Assembly: GCA_030706405.1 (NCBI GenBank)
Contig: JAUZOO010000001.1
Span: 79,762 to 143,761, forward strand
Direction of reading: 5' to 3'
DNA length: 64,000 nt
Source: Bacteroidota bacterium
GTDB lineage: Bacteria > Bacteroidota > Bacteroidia > Bacteroidales > JAAUTT01
In this document: positions 1 through 10,233 of the stretch, in pieces
Numbering within the stretch: the first letter of the stretch is position 1
Layout: each line of letters begins with the position of its first letter
Position numbers and translations under genes: made by a program
The notes under the pieces: model-generated
What the model saw: only the letters and a program-made list of their open reading frames with translations
The model's database searches: none
What the model was told of the DNA's origin: nothing

Positions 1-230
1 TGTTGCTATTATAAATATAAATAACAACGTTAATTGACGCTGAATCACGCTTTTCATAAATAATGAATTTAGTTAGTAAGTACATGTGCGCAGTCAGCGA
101 TATTTTCAGAAGTCAGCCCAAAAATAAGTAAAATAATGATGCTTCTACAAAAGCCTCTCCTAAATTTTGTGCATGTGGATAAATAAGGGTAGTAAAAGCC
201 TTTCGGAACGGAATTACTGATAACCAGAAT

Positions 231-287
231 AAAAAAGCCTTTCGTCCTACGCCAATTTGCCAAAGCAATTTAGGTGGGACGAAAGGC
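231..287 (-). terminator. Rho-independent terminator downstream of the 324..1550 gene
   Basis: 11-bp stem GCCTTTCGTCC (237-247) / GGACGAAAGGC (277-287). On the minus strand the hairpin is followed by a T6 run (A-run 231-236 on +). Confidence 0.6.
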
Positions 288-323
288 TAAGCAGTTTTAC
301 AAATATTCTTTAGCAAATATGGA

Positions 324-1550
324 TTATAGTACGTTTAGAGCATCAAAAATAGCCTTTGTTTCATCGGTTAATTGACTAAACCCGTTGCCAAAATAAGTGT
401 TGATATCCTGAGACGTTCCGTCTTTAAATACCACCTTAAACTTCACATCATAACTTGTTTTGTCATAATACGCATTGGCTTGGGCAATCTTCTTATTGCT
501 GTCGGCATAAACCAATACTAAGGCTGCATATTTGTTAAGAGCTTCAGCAGACCTACTTAAATAAGCTGAATCGGAAATAGTCGTTAATTTATCGAGATCT
601 GTTTGTACGCTGTACAACGATTTAAAATCGACTTTACCAGCCAGCTTAATATTTAACACCTGAAAATAAGCATTAGCTCCGTTTACAAAATTATTAACTG
701 TGCTATCGGATGCAAAAGCCTGGCCAAGGGTATTAACATCGAAACTTCCGGTGGCTGCTGCGTAATAACAAAGAAGTGTGGTATTTCCTCGTAAAAATGA
801 ATATTTAACAGACGCACTCGAAGCACTGTATGTAGGGTTAACCACAAATTTGTAAGCTCCAACAGTTATGTAAGTTGTTGATGAAACAGGTAATCCCTGA
901 TTATATGTTACAGAAAAACCATATTCGCCAACAGCTGCACCTCCTTTGGTTATTACAGCTTTAAGACTTAACGGTAAATCGGAATAACCATAAGTTTCAG
1001 CAGGCGAATTCGCCGACGATGTTGTCGAAAACGTTATAACGATTTTAACATCGTTAGTTTTTCCTGTTTTTGTTGAAGGGTACAGTATTACTACCTGGTT
1101 CGCGGTTTTATCATACCAGTCCCAACGTTTAAAGGCATCGTTCCAGGCATGGGTTCCTTTATATTTGTTGAATTCGCTTTGCAGAGATGTTATACTGTCC
1201 GCTGAAATAGCCATCGATTTAAATACGCCCGAATAAGCTTTTGCGGATTGGCTCAAAGCTCCGGCAGCCTTCATGGTAGAAAAAACCGCAAAATTTGGAA
1301 ACGGGTCGACTATTCCAGCAAAATAACTATAAGTTTCAAGACAGCTTAAATCAGTAGAGTTTTGTAATGCATTCAAATTGTTCAGTAACGAATCTCCTGC
1401 ATTACTCAGACTGGTTTTGCCGGCATCTACATTTTCATCTGCAAAAGGCAGGGAGTTTAGATCTTCTTCATTGTTGTCACTCTTTTTACTACACGAGACA
1501 ACAAACAGGCTCATCGCCAAAATGATAAATAGAAACGAGTTTTTTTTCAT
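324..1550 (-). CDS. Putative lipoprotein, function unknown
   Basis: 408-aa ORF. N-terminal signal peptide ends in a lipobox-like LFVVSC followed by SKK. No catalytic motif recognised. Confidence 0.7.
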   Translation of the reverse strand: MKKNSFLFIILAMSLFVVSCSKKSDNNEEDLNSLPFADENVDAGKTSLSNAGDSLLNNLNALQNSTDLSCLETYSYFAGIVDPFPNFAVFSTMKAAGALSQSAKAYSGVFKSMAISADSITSLQSEFNKYKGTHAWNDAFKRWDWYDKTANQVVILYPSTKTGKTNDVKIVITFSTTSSANSPAETYGYSDLPLSLKAVITKGGAAVGEYGFSVTYNQGLPVSSTTYITVGAYKFVVNPTYSASSASVKYSFLRGNTTLLCYYAAATGSFDVNTLGQAFASDSTVNNFVNGANAYFQVLNIKLAGKVDFKSLYSVQTDLDKLTTISDSAYLSRSAEALNKYAALVLVYADSNKKIAQANAYYDKTSYDVKFKVVFKDGTSQDINTYFGNGFSQLTDETKAIFDALNVL

Positions 1551-1862
1551 GATAATTCTGGTTTATTGCAATTTGCAGTTTGTTAAACTAACTGTTCTAA
1601 ATAATTAAGCCTTGCTAAATTAAGTCATTAAGCTAAAATAAGCAATAGTTTATTTTAATCGACATAAATTTAATCCAAAATGGCCAAAAGCTTTATAGCT
1701 TATTCTCCTTCGGCGACGGCAATACAGGGTACAACTTTTACAAGTTAATTGAGTACTTACCTGTATGTAATTTTTAGATGTATTTACGCTGATGTGATTA
1801 GACTTTTAAGGGGGTAAGAATAAAAAAATCCTAACTTTGTCCTTTTTAAAATAATAAACATT

Positions 1863-2952
1863 ATGATTACCACCGAGCAAGTTAAGGAGTTGGTAGAGCG
1901 CGAGTTTGCGCTCAGGAGGCATCTTTGACATCGATAGCCGATTAATCCAGATAGAAGAAGAAGAACAAAAAACCCACGCCCCCGATTTCTGGGACGATCC
2001 CAAAGAAGCTGAAAAACAGCTGAAGCTGGTGGCTTCGCTAAAAGATTGGACCTCATCGTTTAACAAGGTCGAAAGCAGTATCGAAGACCTCAAGGTCATC
2101 ATGGATTTTTTTGCCGATGGCGAAGCTTCCGAAGAAGACGCTGATAAACAATATCAAGTGGCTTCCGAAGCTCTTGAAGACCTGGAGTTAAAGAATATGC
2201 TCCGTCACGAGGAAGATGAACTGGGCGCTTTCCTCAAAATCAACTCCGGGGCCGGCGGTACCGAAAGTCAGGACTGGAGCGAAATGCTTATGCGTATGTA
2301 CACCCGTTACGGCGAACGTAACAACTGGGGCGTGCGCATTGTCGATATTCTCAAAGGCGACGAGGCCGGTATCAAATCGGTAACCATCGAATTTGTCGGA
2401 CGGTACGCTTACGGCTTCCTCAAAGGCGAAAACGGAGTTCACCGTCTGGTTCGTATCTCTCCGTTTAACGCGCAGGGCAAACGCCAGACCAGCTTTGCCT
2501 CGGTGTATGTTTCCCCTGCCATCGACGACACCATTACCATTGAAGTCAGTCCGGCCGACATCACTTTCGAAACGTATCGTTCCAGCGGTGCAGGCGGTCA
2601 GAATGTAAACAAGGTTGAAACGGCAGTTCGTCTGCGACACTTACCTACCGGCATTATTATCGAGAACCAGGAAGACCGCTCTCAGCTTAAGAATAAAGAG
2701 AATGCCATGCGTATTCTTAAGTCGATGTTGTATGAGCTGGAACTTCAAAAACGTCGCGAAAAGCAAGCCGAGATTGAAGGTAATAAGAAGAAAATCGAGT
2801 GGGGCTCACAAATCCGAAATTACGTACTTCATCCCTATAAACTGGTGAAAGACGTGCGTACCAGTCACGAATCATCCGATGCACAGGCTGTTCTTGATGG
2901 GGATATTCATTCGTTTATTAAAGCGTTTTTAATGGAGTATGGGGCGGACTAG
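1863..2952 (+). CDS. prfB: Peptide chain release factor 2, with programmed +1 frameshift (1863..1925 joined to 1927..2952)
   Basis: ATG at 1863 opens a 21-codon frame ([21 protein letters not shown]) ending at CTT TGA C (1923-1929), with internal AGGAGG at 1914-1919. The +1 frame continues as the RF2 body with SPF (ISPFNAQ) and GGQ (SGAGGQNVN) motifs. Confidence 0.9.
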
Positions 2953-2999
2953 GTAGTAAAGAAATTAAGGGATTAGGATATTAAGTAATTAAGTAAAGA

Positions 3000-3365
3000 A
3001 TGAGGCCGCACAAACAACTTGTTGCATGGAAAGAAGCTATTGAGCTTGTAAAATTGATATACAAGCTTACCAAATTATTTCCGGAAGATGAGAAGTTCGG
3101 AATTATATCTCAACTTCGAAGGGCCTCGGTATCGGTGCCCGCAAATATTGCCGAAGGAGCTGCAAGAGCCAGTTCTAAAGAATATTCTCACTTTATCAAT
3201 ATTGCTTTAGGATCATTAAGCGAGATTGACACTTTACTTACAATCTCTTTTGAATTGGCTTATTTACAAGAAATCGATTTTAATAAAGCTATTCAACAAA
3301 GCGACAAGGTTACTGCTTTAAGTTCCGGCCTCTATAAATCCATTCTAAATTCCTTAAAATCATAA
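3000..3365 (+). CDS. Four-helix-bundle protein (23S rRNA intervening-sequence protein family)
   Basis: 121-aa ORF with the LVAWKEAIELV...SQLRRASVSVPANIAEG signature typical of this family. Confidence 0.8.
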   Translation: MRPHKQLVAWKEAIELVKLIYKLTKLFPEDEKFGIISQLRRASVSVPANIAEGAARASSKEYSHFINIALGSLSEIDTLLTISFELAYLQEIDFNKAIQQSDKVTALSSGLYKSILNSLKS

Positions 3366-3402
3366 TCGCATAATCACTCAATAACATAATAACTTTTTAA
3401 AT

Positions 3403-5034
3403 ATGCCAACACCCGAATTTAAGTATCAGGAACCTTTCCCTCTTGGGAAAGAAAAAACCGAATATTACCTGCTTACCAAAGAGCATGTATCGGTAGCTCA
3501 GTTTGAAGGAAAAGAAATTTTAAAGGTTGAAGCCGAAGGCATTACCAAGCTTACAAATGCTGCTATGCGCGACTGTTCGTTCCTGCTTCGTCCCGAACAT
3601 CAAAAACAGGTTGCTAAAATCCTTGCCGACCCCGAAGCCAGCGATAACGACAAATACGTAGCTGTTACCATGCTTCGTAATGCCGAAATCGCAGCCAAAG
3701 GCTTGTTGCCGTTCTGCCAGGATACCGGAACTGCCACGGTTTATGCCAAAAAAGGTAACAACGTTTGGACCGATGGTAGCGACGAAGAAGCTATCTCGAA
3801 AGGTATTTATAAAACGTACACCGAAGAGAACCTTCGTTACTCGCAGAATGCCGCATTGAACATGTACGACGAAATTAATACCGGAACCAACCTCCCTGCA
3901 CAGATTGACCTGGTTGCCAGCCACGGAAACGAATACAAATTTCTGTTTATGGCAAAAGGCGGGGGGTCGTCAAATAAATCGTACCTCTTCCAGGAAACAA
4001 AAGCATTGCTGAACCCTGTATCGCTTGAGAAATTCCTCACCGAAAAGATGAAAACGCTGGGAACAGCAGCTTGTCCTCCTTACCATATAGCCTTTGTTAT
4101 TGGCGGAACATCGGCCGACGCCTGTATGAAAACCGTAAAACTGGCTTCCACCAAATATTACGACGAACTCCCAACCGAAGGAAATGAACTCGGTCAGGCT
4201 TTCCGCGATGTGGAAATGGAAGCCAAAATTTTGAAAGCAGCCCAGGAGTCCGGTTTCGGAGCCCAGTTTGGTGGAAAATATTTTGCACACGACATTCGCA
4301 TCGTACGCCTTTCGCGCCACGGAGCTTCGTGTTTTGTGGGTATGGCAGTTTCGTGCTCAGCCGACCGTAACATCAAAGGAAAAATCAACAAAGACGGTAT
4401 CTGGGTGGAGAAACTGGAAGAAAATCCAGGCCAATACATCCCGGAAGAATACCGTCAGGCTGGCGAAGGCAATGCCGTGAAGATTGACCTTAACCAACCG
4501 ATGAAAGATATTCTGGCTACATTATCCCAATATCCGGTATCAACACGTCTGTCACTCAGCGGTACAATCATCGTTGGTCGCGATATTGCCCATGCCAAGC
4601 TTAACGAACGTCTCGATAAAGGTGAAGGCATGCCCCAATACCTTAAAGATCATCCAATTTATTACGCAGGTCCGGCCAAAACCCCGAAGGGTATGCCATC
4701 CGGTTCGTTCGGCCCTACCACAGCCGGCCGTATGGACTCGTATGTTGACCGTTTTCAGGCAGCCGGAGGTAGCATGATTATGATTGCCAAAGGAAACCGC
4801 AGTCAGCAGGTTACCGATGCCTGTAAGAAGTATGGCGGCTTCTACCTCGGTAGTATTGGAGGCCCGGCAGCTATTTTGGCGCAGAACAACATCAAAAAAG
4901 TAGAAGTACTTGAATATCCTGAATTGGGTATGGAAGCTATCTGGAAAATTGAAGTGGTTGATTTCCCGGCATTCATCCTTGTTGATGATAAAGGTAACGA
5001 CTTTTTCAAACAAATTAAGCCACGTTCGTGCTAA
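3403..5034 (+). CDS. Class I (Fe-S dependent) fumarate hydratase
   Basis: 543-aa ORF with fused alpha and beta Fe-S hydro-lyase domains ([24 protein letters not shown] stretches), typical of FumA/FumB-type enzymes. Confidence 0.88.
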   Translation: MPTPEFKYQEPFPLGKEKTEYYLLTKEHVSVAQFEGKEILKVEAEGITKLTNAAMRDCSFLLRPEHQKQVAKILADPEASDNDKYVAVTMLRNAEIAAKGLLPFCQDTGTATVYAKKGNNVWTDGSDEEAISKGIYKTYTEENLRYSQNAALNMYDEINTGTNLPAQIDLVASHGNEYKFLFMAKGGGSSNKSYLFQETKALLNPVSLEKFLTEKMKTLGTAACPPYHIAFVIGGTSADACMKTVKLASTKYYDELPTEGNELGQAFRDVEMEAKILKAAQESGFGAQFGGKYFAHDIRIVRLSRHGASCFVGMAVSCSADRNIKGKINKDGIWVEKLEENPGQYIPEEYRQAGEGNAVKIDLNQPMKDILATLSQYPVSTRLSLSGTIIVGRDIAHAKLNERLDKGEGMPQYLKDHPIYYAGPAKTPKGMPSGSFGPTTAGRMDSYVDRFQAAGGSMIMIAKGNRSQQVTDACKKYGGFYLGSIGGPAAILAQNNIKKVEVLEYPELGMEAIWKIEVVDFPAFILVDDKGNDFFKQIKPRSC

Positions 5035-5074
5035 AATACAGATAAGCGTACTGAGTAATTAGTGCTAAGAAAAA

Positions 5075-5106
5075 GCTCTTCTAACTTATGTTGGAAGGGC
5101 TTTTTG
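5075..5106. terminator. Bidirectional intrinsic terminator between convergent fumarase and porP/sprF-like genes
   Basis: 7-bp stem GCTCTTC (5075-5081) / GAAGGGC (5094-5100, one G-U pair), flanked by an A5 run upstream and a T5 run downstream. Confidence 0.5.
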
Positions 5107-5149
5107 CTATTTTGTGCTCAGAGCTCAGTACTAAATACTTATTACTGGC

Positions 5150-6106
5150 TTAATTATACCAATACCCGCGTCGGCGATAATAATTTGCAAAAGCTGATCT
5201 TTGGGGGATTCTGTATTCGAGGGTTATTTCGTGAGTGCCATTTTTTGAATATCCCTGGTTGAAGGTTTGATTAAACGAATAGGCAATCCTAAAATCCTGC
5301 GAAACATACAAACCTAACAATAACGATTGGTACCGGGAGGTGCTATAAGTTGTACCTACCTCGAAGATTTCCCGCGGACCGCTAATCAATCCGGTCTGAT
5401 ATTTAAAACGGATATATGCACTTCCCTGCAGAGTCACAAGATTATCGCGGTTTATTACCATTAATCCCACGTGATAATTAAATAGTTCCGGATTGGTGTT
5501 TTTATAAAACGCAGATATATATCTGTGATTTGCATTCAGGTAAAGATTGTCGGACTTCCCCATCGAAAACAAATGAGTTGAGGAAAGACTAAAAACAAAA
5601 TGGTTATTTTGAAATTCGAATCCAATATTAGCATCGGGCAGGATAGATTTCTCCATCGTGTATTGAATAGAAGGATCAACGATCTCGTCTGCTTCATAGA
5701 GAGCCCCACTGACTGATCTGGAAAATATCCCTGCCGAGAGTCCCATGGAAAAAGCCCAGTCCTGCTCGTGCGATGCCCGGTAAGCATAAGCCAACATAGG
5801 ATTTAACGTCTGTATCACTCCAATTTTGTCTCCAATAATCGAGAGTCCGAGTGCCGATCGTTTTTCGTGGTTATAGCCGGAAACCTGCACGTTAAATACG
5901 CGCGGAGCTCCTTTAACACCAGTCCATTGCAGATGGGCATTAGAAAAAAGATAAAGGTAATCGACCCGGGCAATAGACGCCGGGTTGTAACTTCCCCGGT
6001 TATAGTAATAGGTAGCTATGCTGATATCGGCCTGAGCCCGTACTTTAGGCACTGTTGCCAAGGTCACGGCAATAAATATATACAGGGTTGGGCACAGTTT
6101 CCTCAT
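5150..6106 (-). CDS. PorP/SprF family type IX secretion system membrane protein
   Basis: 318-aa ORF with a signal peptide. N-terminal AQADISIATYYYNRGSYNPASIA matches the PorP/SprF pattern (..D..[FY]S.Y....NPA). It has a 4-nt ATGA overlap with the upstream T9SS cargo gene. Confidence 0.8.
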   Translation of the reverse strand: MRKLCPTLYIFIAVTLATVPKVRAQADISIATYYYNRGSYNPASIARVDYLYLFSNAHLQWTGVKGAPRVFNVQVSGYNHEKRSALGLSIIGDKIGVIQTLNPMLAYAYRASHEQDWAFSMGLSAGIFSRSVSGALYEADEIVDPSIQYTMEKSILPDANIGFEFQNNHFVFSLSSTHLFSMGKSDNLYLNANHRYISAFYKNTNPELFNYHVGLMVINRDNLVTLQGSAYIRFKYQTGLISGPREIFEVGTTYSTSRYQSLLLGLYVSQDFRIAYSFNQTFNQGYSKNGTHEITLEYRIPQRSAFANYYRRRGYWYN

Positions 6107-8274
6107 CGTACTAAAGTAATAAAACCTTTTCGGGTTTGTTCCTGCCGATTTCTATCGGTATAACGAATCAGGTAGAAGTAAGTATCCGGGGCCATTGGAT
6201 GTTCTTTGTAAGTACCGTTCCATCCGGCTGTTCCTTTATACAATATAAGCCCATGCCTGTCAAATACCTGCAAATCAACGTTGGACATAAAAATATCGTT
6301 TATATCATCTCCGTTTGGCGTAAAAACATTTGGAATAAAAAGGTCGATTCCTACATATTGCGAGGCTGTGTCCACGCAGTTGTACTGCGTTGTGGCAGTA
6401 AGATGGATTTTATACTGATATAAAAGGTTTGAAACATTGTAAAAATGGTTAATGTTAGCCCCGCTTTCGGTTTTACCATCTCCCATATCCCATTCATATT
6501 GCACATCGGTTTGGGCCGCAGATGCTCCGGACAGGGTGTTATGCCGTTTATCCACGGTAGTTGCAGAAAGGGTAAAATCGGTAGACGGAAGAGGGCGTTC
6601 TGTAACTTCAATAAATTCTGACTTTTGGCATCCGCGTGCATTTGTTCCTGTAACCGTGAATCCTCCGGATGTTTTTACAACAATTGACGAAGTTTTGTCT
6701 CCGGTATTCCATACATAGTTTATTGCATCTCCGGAAGCGGTAAGGGTGGAGCTATTGCCCTTACAAAACGAAGGATTACCCTGGAGGGCTAATACCCAGT
6801 CGGGTTCTTCTTTTACAGTTATGTAAGCGGTATCAGAAATACAGCCAGTGCTCGAATGACCAATCATCCAGTATTTTCCTCCGGGAGCTCCTACTTTTAT
6901 AGAATCGGTAGTAGCTTTATTACTCCATGTATAAAAATAAGCGCCATAGGCTTTTAACGTAGTAGTTTCTCCGGGGCAGTACGTTGAATATCCTTTAATT
7001 CCAACCAAAGGTGGGGAAAACGATTCTACCGTTTTATTGAGTGTATCGGCACAGGTAGACGGCGGGTTTGCCAAAATAAGGCTAACCGGATGTAATCCCG
7101 AAGAAGCAAAGGAATATTGCGGATCTTTCAGCGTTGATGTAGAAGTTTTGCTCTCTTTAAAATCCCATTTATAGGTTAATGTTCCGTGTGTTGCCGTGGA
7201 GAGATTGGTAAACTGAACCTTATTTGAGAAACAATCGAGCATATACGAACTGAAAGCAGCTTTGGGCTCGTACCTGGCAATCGTTGAATGAAGTGTAACA
7301 CTACATCCCGTGGCCGAATTCATCTCGCAGTAATACGTAGCTCCTTCGGCGGGATTGGCCAGGGTCAATATTTGTGAGGAACCAACTGTATTTCCATTAC
7401 TATCGGTCCATTTATAAGTTTCAAAGCCATTAGGGCCGGTAAGTACGGCTTTGGAATCGCCAGAACAATATTTTACGGTGATGTACATGGGAAGGCATTT
7501 AGCCACAAAATAAGCATAGCCATAATGATACCTTCCGGTACAGTCAGCCGACATAAATTCAACGGTAATGGTTTGCCCGATATATTTAAGCAAGTTGGCG
7601 CCAACCGTTGTCCAGTCCCTCCATTTCACTGGGCTGATGGAGCCCGAAGGAGTGTACGATTGAAATCCCTTTACATTGGCACTCGACGAATATACATCGT
7701 AATTTGCACAATCGTGAATAGTATCACCTTTGCTATCGAATAAGGTTACCCGAAAACGAGGTTCCATCTTTTCAGTGTGATCGCTGGCATATTGTAATAC
7801 ACAGGCAAATTTAAGGATTAGTAAAGCATTGGTTGAGTCAATTACCATGGTGTAGCGCAAGCTCTGCTCCCAGCCTCTCGGATTGGTATCGCCGGACAGA
7901 ATCGCATCGCCTAAACGGCAGGAGTATTTATATCCGGAAGGAACCTTCCGCAAAGCATACCCGGTATTGACGTCATAAGCTGTAGTATCGGTCATGATGG
8001 TATGCCTCCTGAAAACAATGCCCTGTACAGGAGATGTATTTATCGAAGGGACATCGGTACTATACCTCCAGGTAAAACCCGTCCAGTTAGTAAAATTGCC
8101 AAGTTCAAACCCAAGGTTCTGACAATATGGTTCATCGGCACATACCGGAACACAAACAAACAAGACAAAAAAGCAACAAAGACAAAAATTTTTTATTTCT
8201 TTTGCAGCACACACTGGAAGACCGTTAGTTTTGTGATAGGTTAATAATAATGGAATACACCTATTTCTAGGCAA
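6103..8274 (-). CDS. T9SS type B sorting-domain (gliding motility-associated C-terminal domain) protein with PKD/Ig-like repeats
   Basis: 723-aa ORF. C-terminal FIPNVFTPNGDDINDIF...YFYLIRY motif marks the type B CTD. There are several Cys/Thr-rich Ig-like repeats and an N-terminal signal-like hydrophobic segment. Confidence 0.8.
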   Translation of the reverse strand: MPRNRCIPLLLTYHKTNGLPVCAAKEIKNFCLCCFFVLFVCVPVCADEPYCQNLGFELGNFTNWTGFTWRYSTDVPSINTSPVQGIVFRRHTIMTDTTAYDVNTGYALRKVPSGYKYSCRLGDAILSGDTNPRGWEQSLRYTMVIDSTNALLILKFACVLQYASDHTEKMEPRFRVTLFDSKGDTIHDCANYDVYSSSANVKGFQSYTPSGSISPVKWRDWTTVGANLLKYIGQTITVEFMSADCTGRYHYGYAYFVAKCLPMYITVKYCSGDSKAVLTGPNGFETYKWTDSNGNTVGSSQILTLANPAEGATYYCEMNSATGCSVTLHSTIARYEPKAAFSSYMLDCFSNKVQFTNLSTATHGTLTYKWDFKESKTSTSTLKDPQYSFASSGLHPVSLILANPPSTCADTLNKTVESFSPPLVGIKGYSTYCPGETTTLKAYGAYFYTWSNKATTDSIKVGAPGGKYWMIGHSSTGCISDTAYITVKEEPDWVLALQGNPSFCKGNSSTLTASGDAINYVWNTGDKTSSIVVKTSGGFTVTGTNARGCQKSEFIEVTERPLPSTDFTLSATTVDKRHNTLSGASAAQTDVQYEWDMGDGKTESGANINHFYNVSNLLYQYKIHLTATTQYNCVDTASQYVGIDLFIPNVFTPNGDDINDIFMSNVDLQVFDRHGLILYKGTAGWNGTYKEHPMAPDTYFYLIRYTDRNRQEQTRKGFITLVR

Positions 8275-8481
8275 GACACCTGTCCTATAAACGCAATTTA
8301 CCGTAAATTATTACAATATACAGGGGGGTGTATTTAAAATTTAGGGTGTCAGGGTTATTGTTTCGTTCGATATTCATTTATGAAACCTTTTTATAATTCG
8401 ACCGTAACATTCCAATGTTAAACAAACGGTCGGATTATCAGCATGTTTAATGTTCGACCTATAAATCTAAATTTTCTCTTT

Positions 8482-10158
8482 ATGAATTTAAAGAATCTTA
8501 AACTTAGAACCAAGTTAACACTTGGGTTCGCCAGTATTTCGCTAATTGCGGTAGTGATCGGATTGATTGGCCAAATTGGTATGTCCCGAATTATTAGTTT
8601 TGAAAAAGACATTGCAGATAACAGACTGCCGAGCGTAAAGGTACTCTTGAAGTTGCGCCATGCCCAAACCGCTATGGATGCTGCCGAAAATGTATTTTTA
8701 ACCACAAAAGTTTCGCCTGAACTGCGTGAAGAAACCTACAAACGGATGGATAATGCCAAAGGGCGCATAGACAAAGCATGGGAGACATACGTTAAACTGA
8801 TAACCCCCGAAGAAAAGAAAGACTGGGAAACATTTGTGCCATTATACAACGAATGGTGGAAACTGCATGAACAATATATGGAGATGATTAAAGCATACAT
8901 CACTCATCCTTCCGATACAGCCTATGCCACTTATGTAAAGTTTAACCAATCTGTTTTAAACCCTGCATATAATACCTCAAAGATTTATTTGGATAACCTT
9001 ATTGAGATTAACGATAAAGCTGGACAGGAGTCGTCTATTGAAGCGGATAAGACAAGCTCATCGGCTGTTGTCTGGTTAATTATCTTTATGATTATAGGTA
9101 TTATGGTTTCAGGAATTATCAGCTTGTCCATAACTCGTTCTATTCTTAATGACGTTGGTGGAGAACCCGCAGATATCGCGCTTATTACCAAAGAAATTGC
9201 CGAAGGCGATCTAACTATCAATTTCGATCGACACGGTAAGAAAATAGGTATTTATGGGGCAATCTGGAGTATGACAGACAAGCTTAAAGAGACAATCTCT
9301 GACATTATTTCCGGAGCCGACAACATTTCGGATGCCAGTCAGCAGCTTAGTGGTGTTTCCGAGCAAACCTCACAAGGTGCCAGCGAGCAGGCCTCATCAG
9401 TTGAAGAAGTTTCGGCCAGTATGGAACAAATGGTATCGAGCATTCAACAGAATACAGCTAATGCACAACAAACTGAAAAAATTGCCAATTCTGCTGCTTC
9501 CGGCATTCGCGAGAGCTTTGATGCGGTAGAAGATTCGACCAAAGCCGTTAAAGAAATTGCTGGTAAAATAAAGATTATTAATGACATAGCCTTTCAGACG
9601 AACATTCTTGCGCTTAATGCCGCCGTTGAAGCCGCGCGTGCCGGCGAACAAGGAAAAGGATTTGCCGTGGTAGCCGCTGAAGTTCGTAAACTGGCCGAAC
9701 GCAGTAAACTATCGGCCGATGAAATTGACGTTTTATCGCGCAATTGCGTAACTACTTCGGAGCTGGCTTCGTCAAAACTGGCAGGGATTGTTCCTGAAAT
9801 TGAACGTACTACCAAGCTGGTACAGGAGATTGCATCCTCGAGCCTTGAACAGGCAGGAGGAACCGATCAGGTGAATAATGCCATTCAGCAATTGAACGAG
9901 ATAACACAACAAAACGCAGCGGCCTCCGAAGAGATGGCTACCAGCGCCGAAGAACTTTCGGGTCAGGCAGAGCAGCTTAAATCAGTTGTTTCATTTTTCA
10001 AAATAGATGCTGATGTAAAACGTACCAAACGTACGTCTTCTGTCTCCAAGAGACAACCTCTGCGCCCGAATAATCAAAGACCCCGCCCAGCTATGCCAGG
10101 TGTAAACCTCAACCTGAAAGCCTCTGACACAACGGATAACTATTTTGAAAAATTCTAA
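8482..10158 (+). CDS. Methyl-accepting chemotaxis protein (4HB sensor, HAMP, MA domain)
   Basis: Highly conserved MA hairpin [40 protein letters not shown], two TM segments and a HAMP region. The likely start is the [12 protein letters not shown] Met at 8482; the ORF opens at 8443. Confidence 0.85.
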   Translation: MNLKNLKLRTKLTLGFASISLIAVVIGLIGQIGMSRIISFEKDIADNRLPSVKVLLKLRHAQTAMDAAENVFLTTKVSPELREETYKRMDNAKGRIDKAWETYVKLITPEEKKDWETFVPLYNEWWKLHEQYMEMIKAYITHPSDTAYATYVKFNQSVLNPAYNTSKIYLDNLIEINDKAGQESSIEADKTSSSAVVWLIIFMIIGIMVSGIISLSITRSILNDVGGEPADIALITKEIAEGDLTINFDRHGKKIGIYGAIWSMTDKLKETISDIISGADNISDASQQLSGVSEQTSQGASEQASSVEEVSASMEQMVSSIQQNTANAQQTEKIANSAASGIRESFDAVEDSTKAVKEIAGKIKIINDIAFQTNILALNAAVEAARAGEQGKGFAVVAAEVRKLAERSKLSADEIDVLSRNCVTTSELASSKLAGIVPEIERTTKLVQEIASSSLEQAGGTDQVNNAIQQLNEITQQNAAASEEMATSAEELSGQAEQLKSVVSFFKIDADVKRTKRTSSVSKRQPLRPNNQRPRPAMPGVNLNLKASDTTDNYFEKF

Positions 10159-10172
10159 AACATCCTTATTTA

Positions 10173-10209
10173 TAAAAAAGCAAGCGAGACTATCACAGTT
10201 ACGCTTGCT
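10173..10209 (-). terminator. Intrinsic terminator after the susD-like gene
   Basis: 8-bp stem AGCAAGCG (10179-10186) / CGCTTGCT (10202-10209). On the minus strand it is followed by a T-run (A-run 10174-10179 on +). Confidence 0.5.
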
Positions 10210-10233
10210 ATAGAAAAATTATCAGTTAACCAA

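Noticed and set aside
69-263. 64-aa ORF on the minus strand at the window start
   Set aside because: It overlaps the terminator hairpin of the 324..1550 gene, has low-complexity odd composition and lacks any motif. It is likely spurious.
2188-2640. 150-aa antisense ORF inside prfB, and similar antisense or out-of-frame ORFs inside fumarase, MCP, SusC, the DEAD helicase, hsdR (46603..47187), efp and others
   Set aside because: Each lies fully within a well-supported gene on the opposite strand or in another frame. Their translations are low-complexity mirror artefacts.
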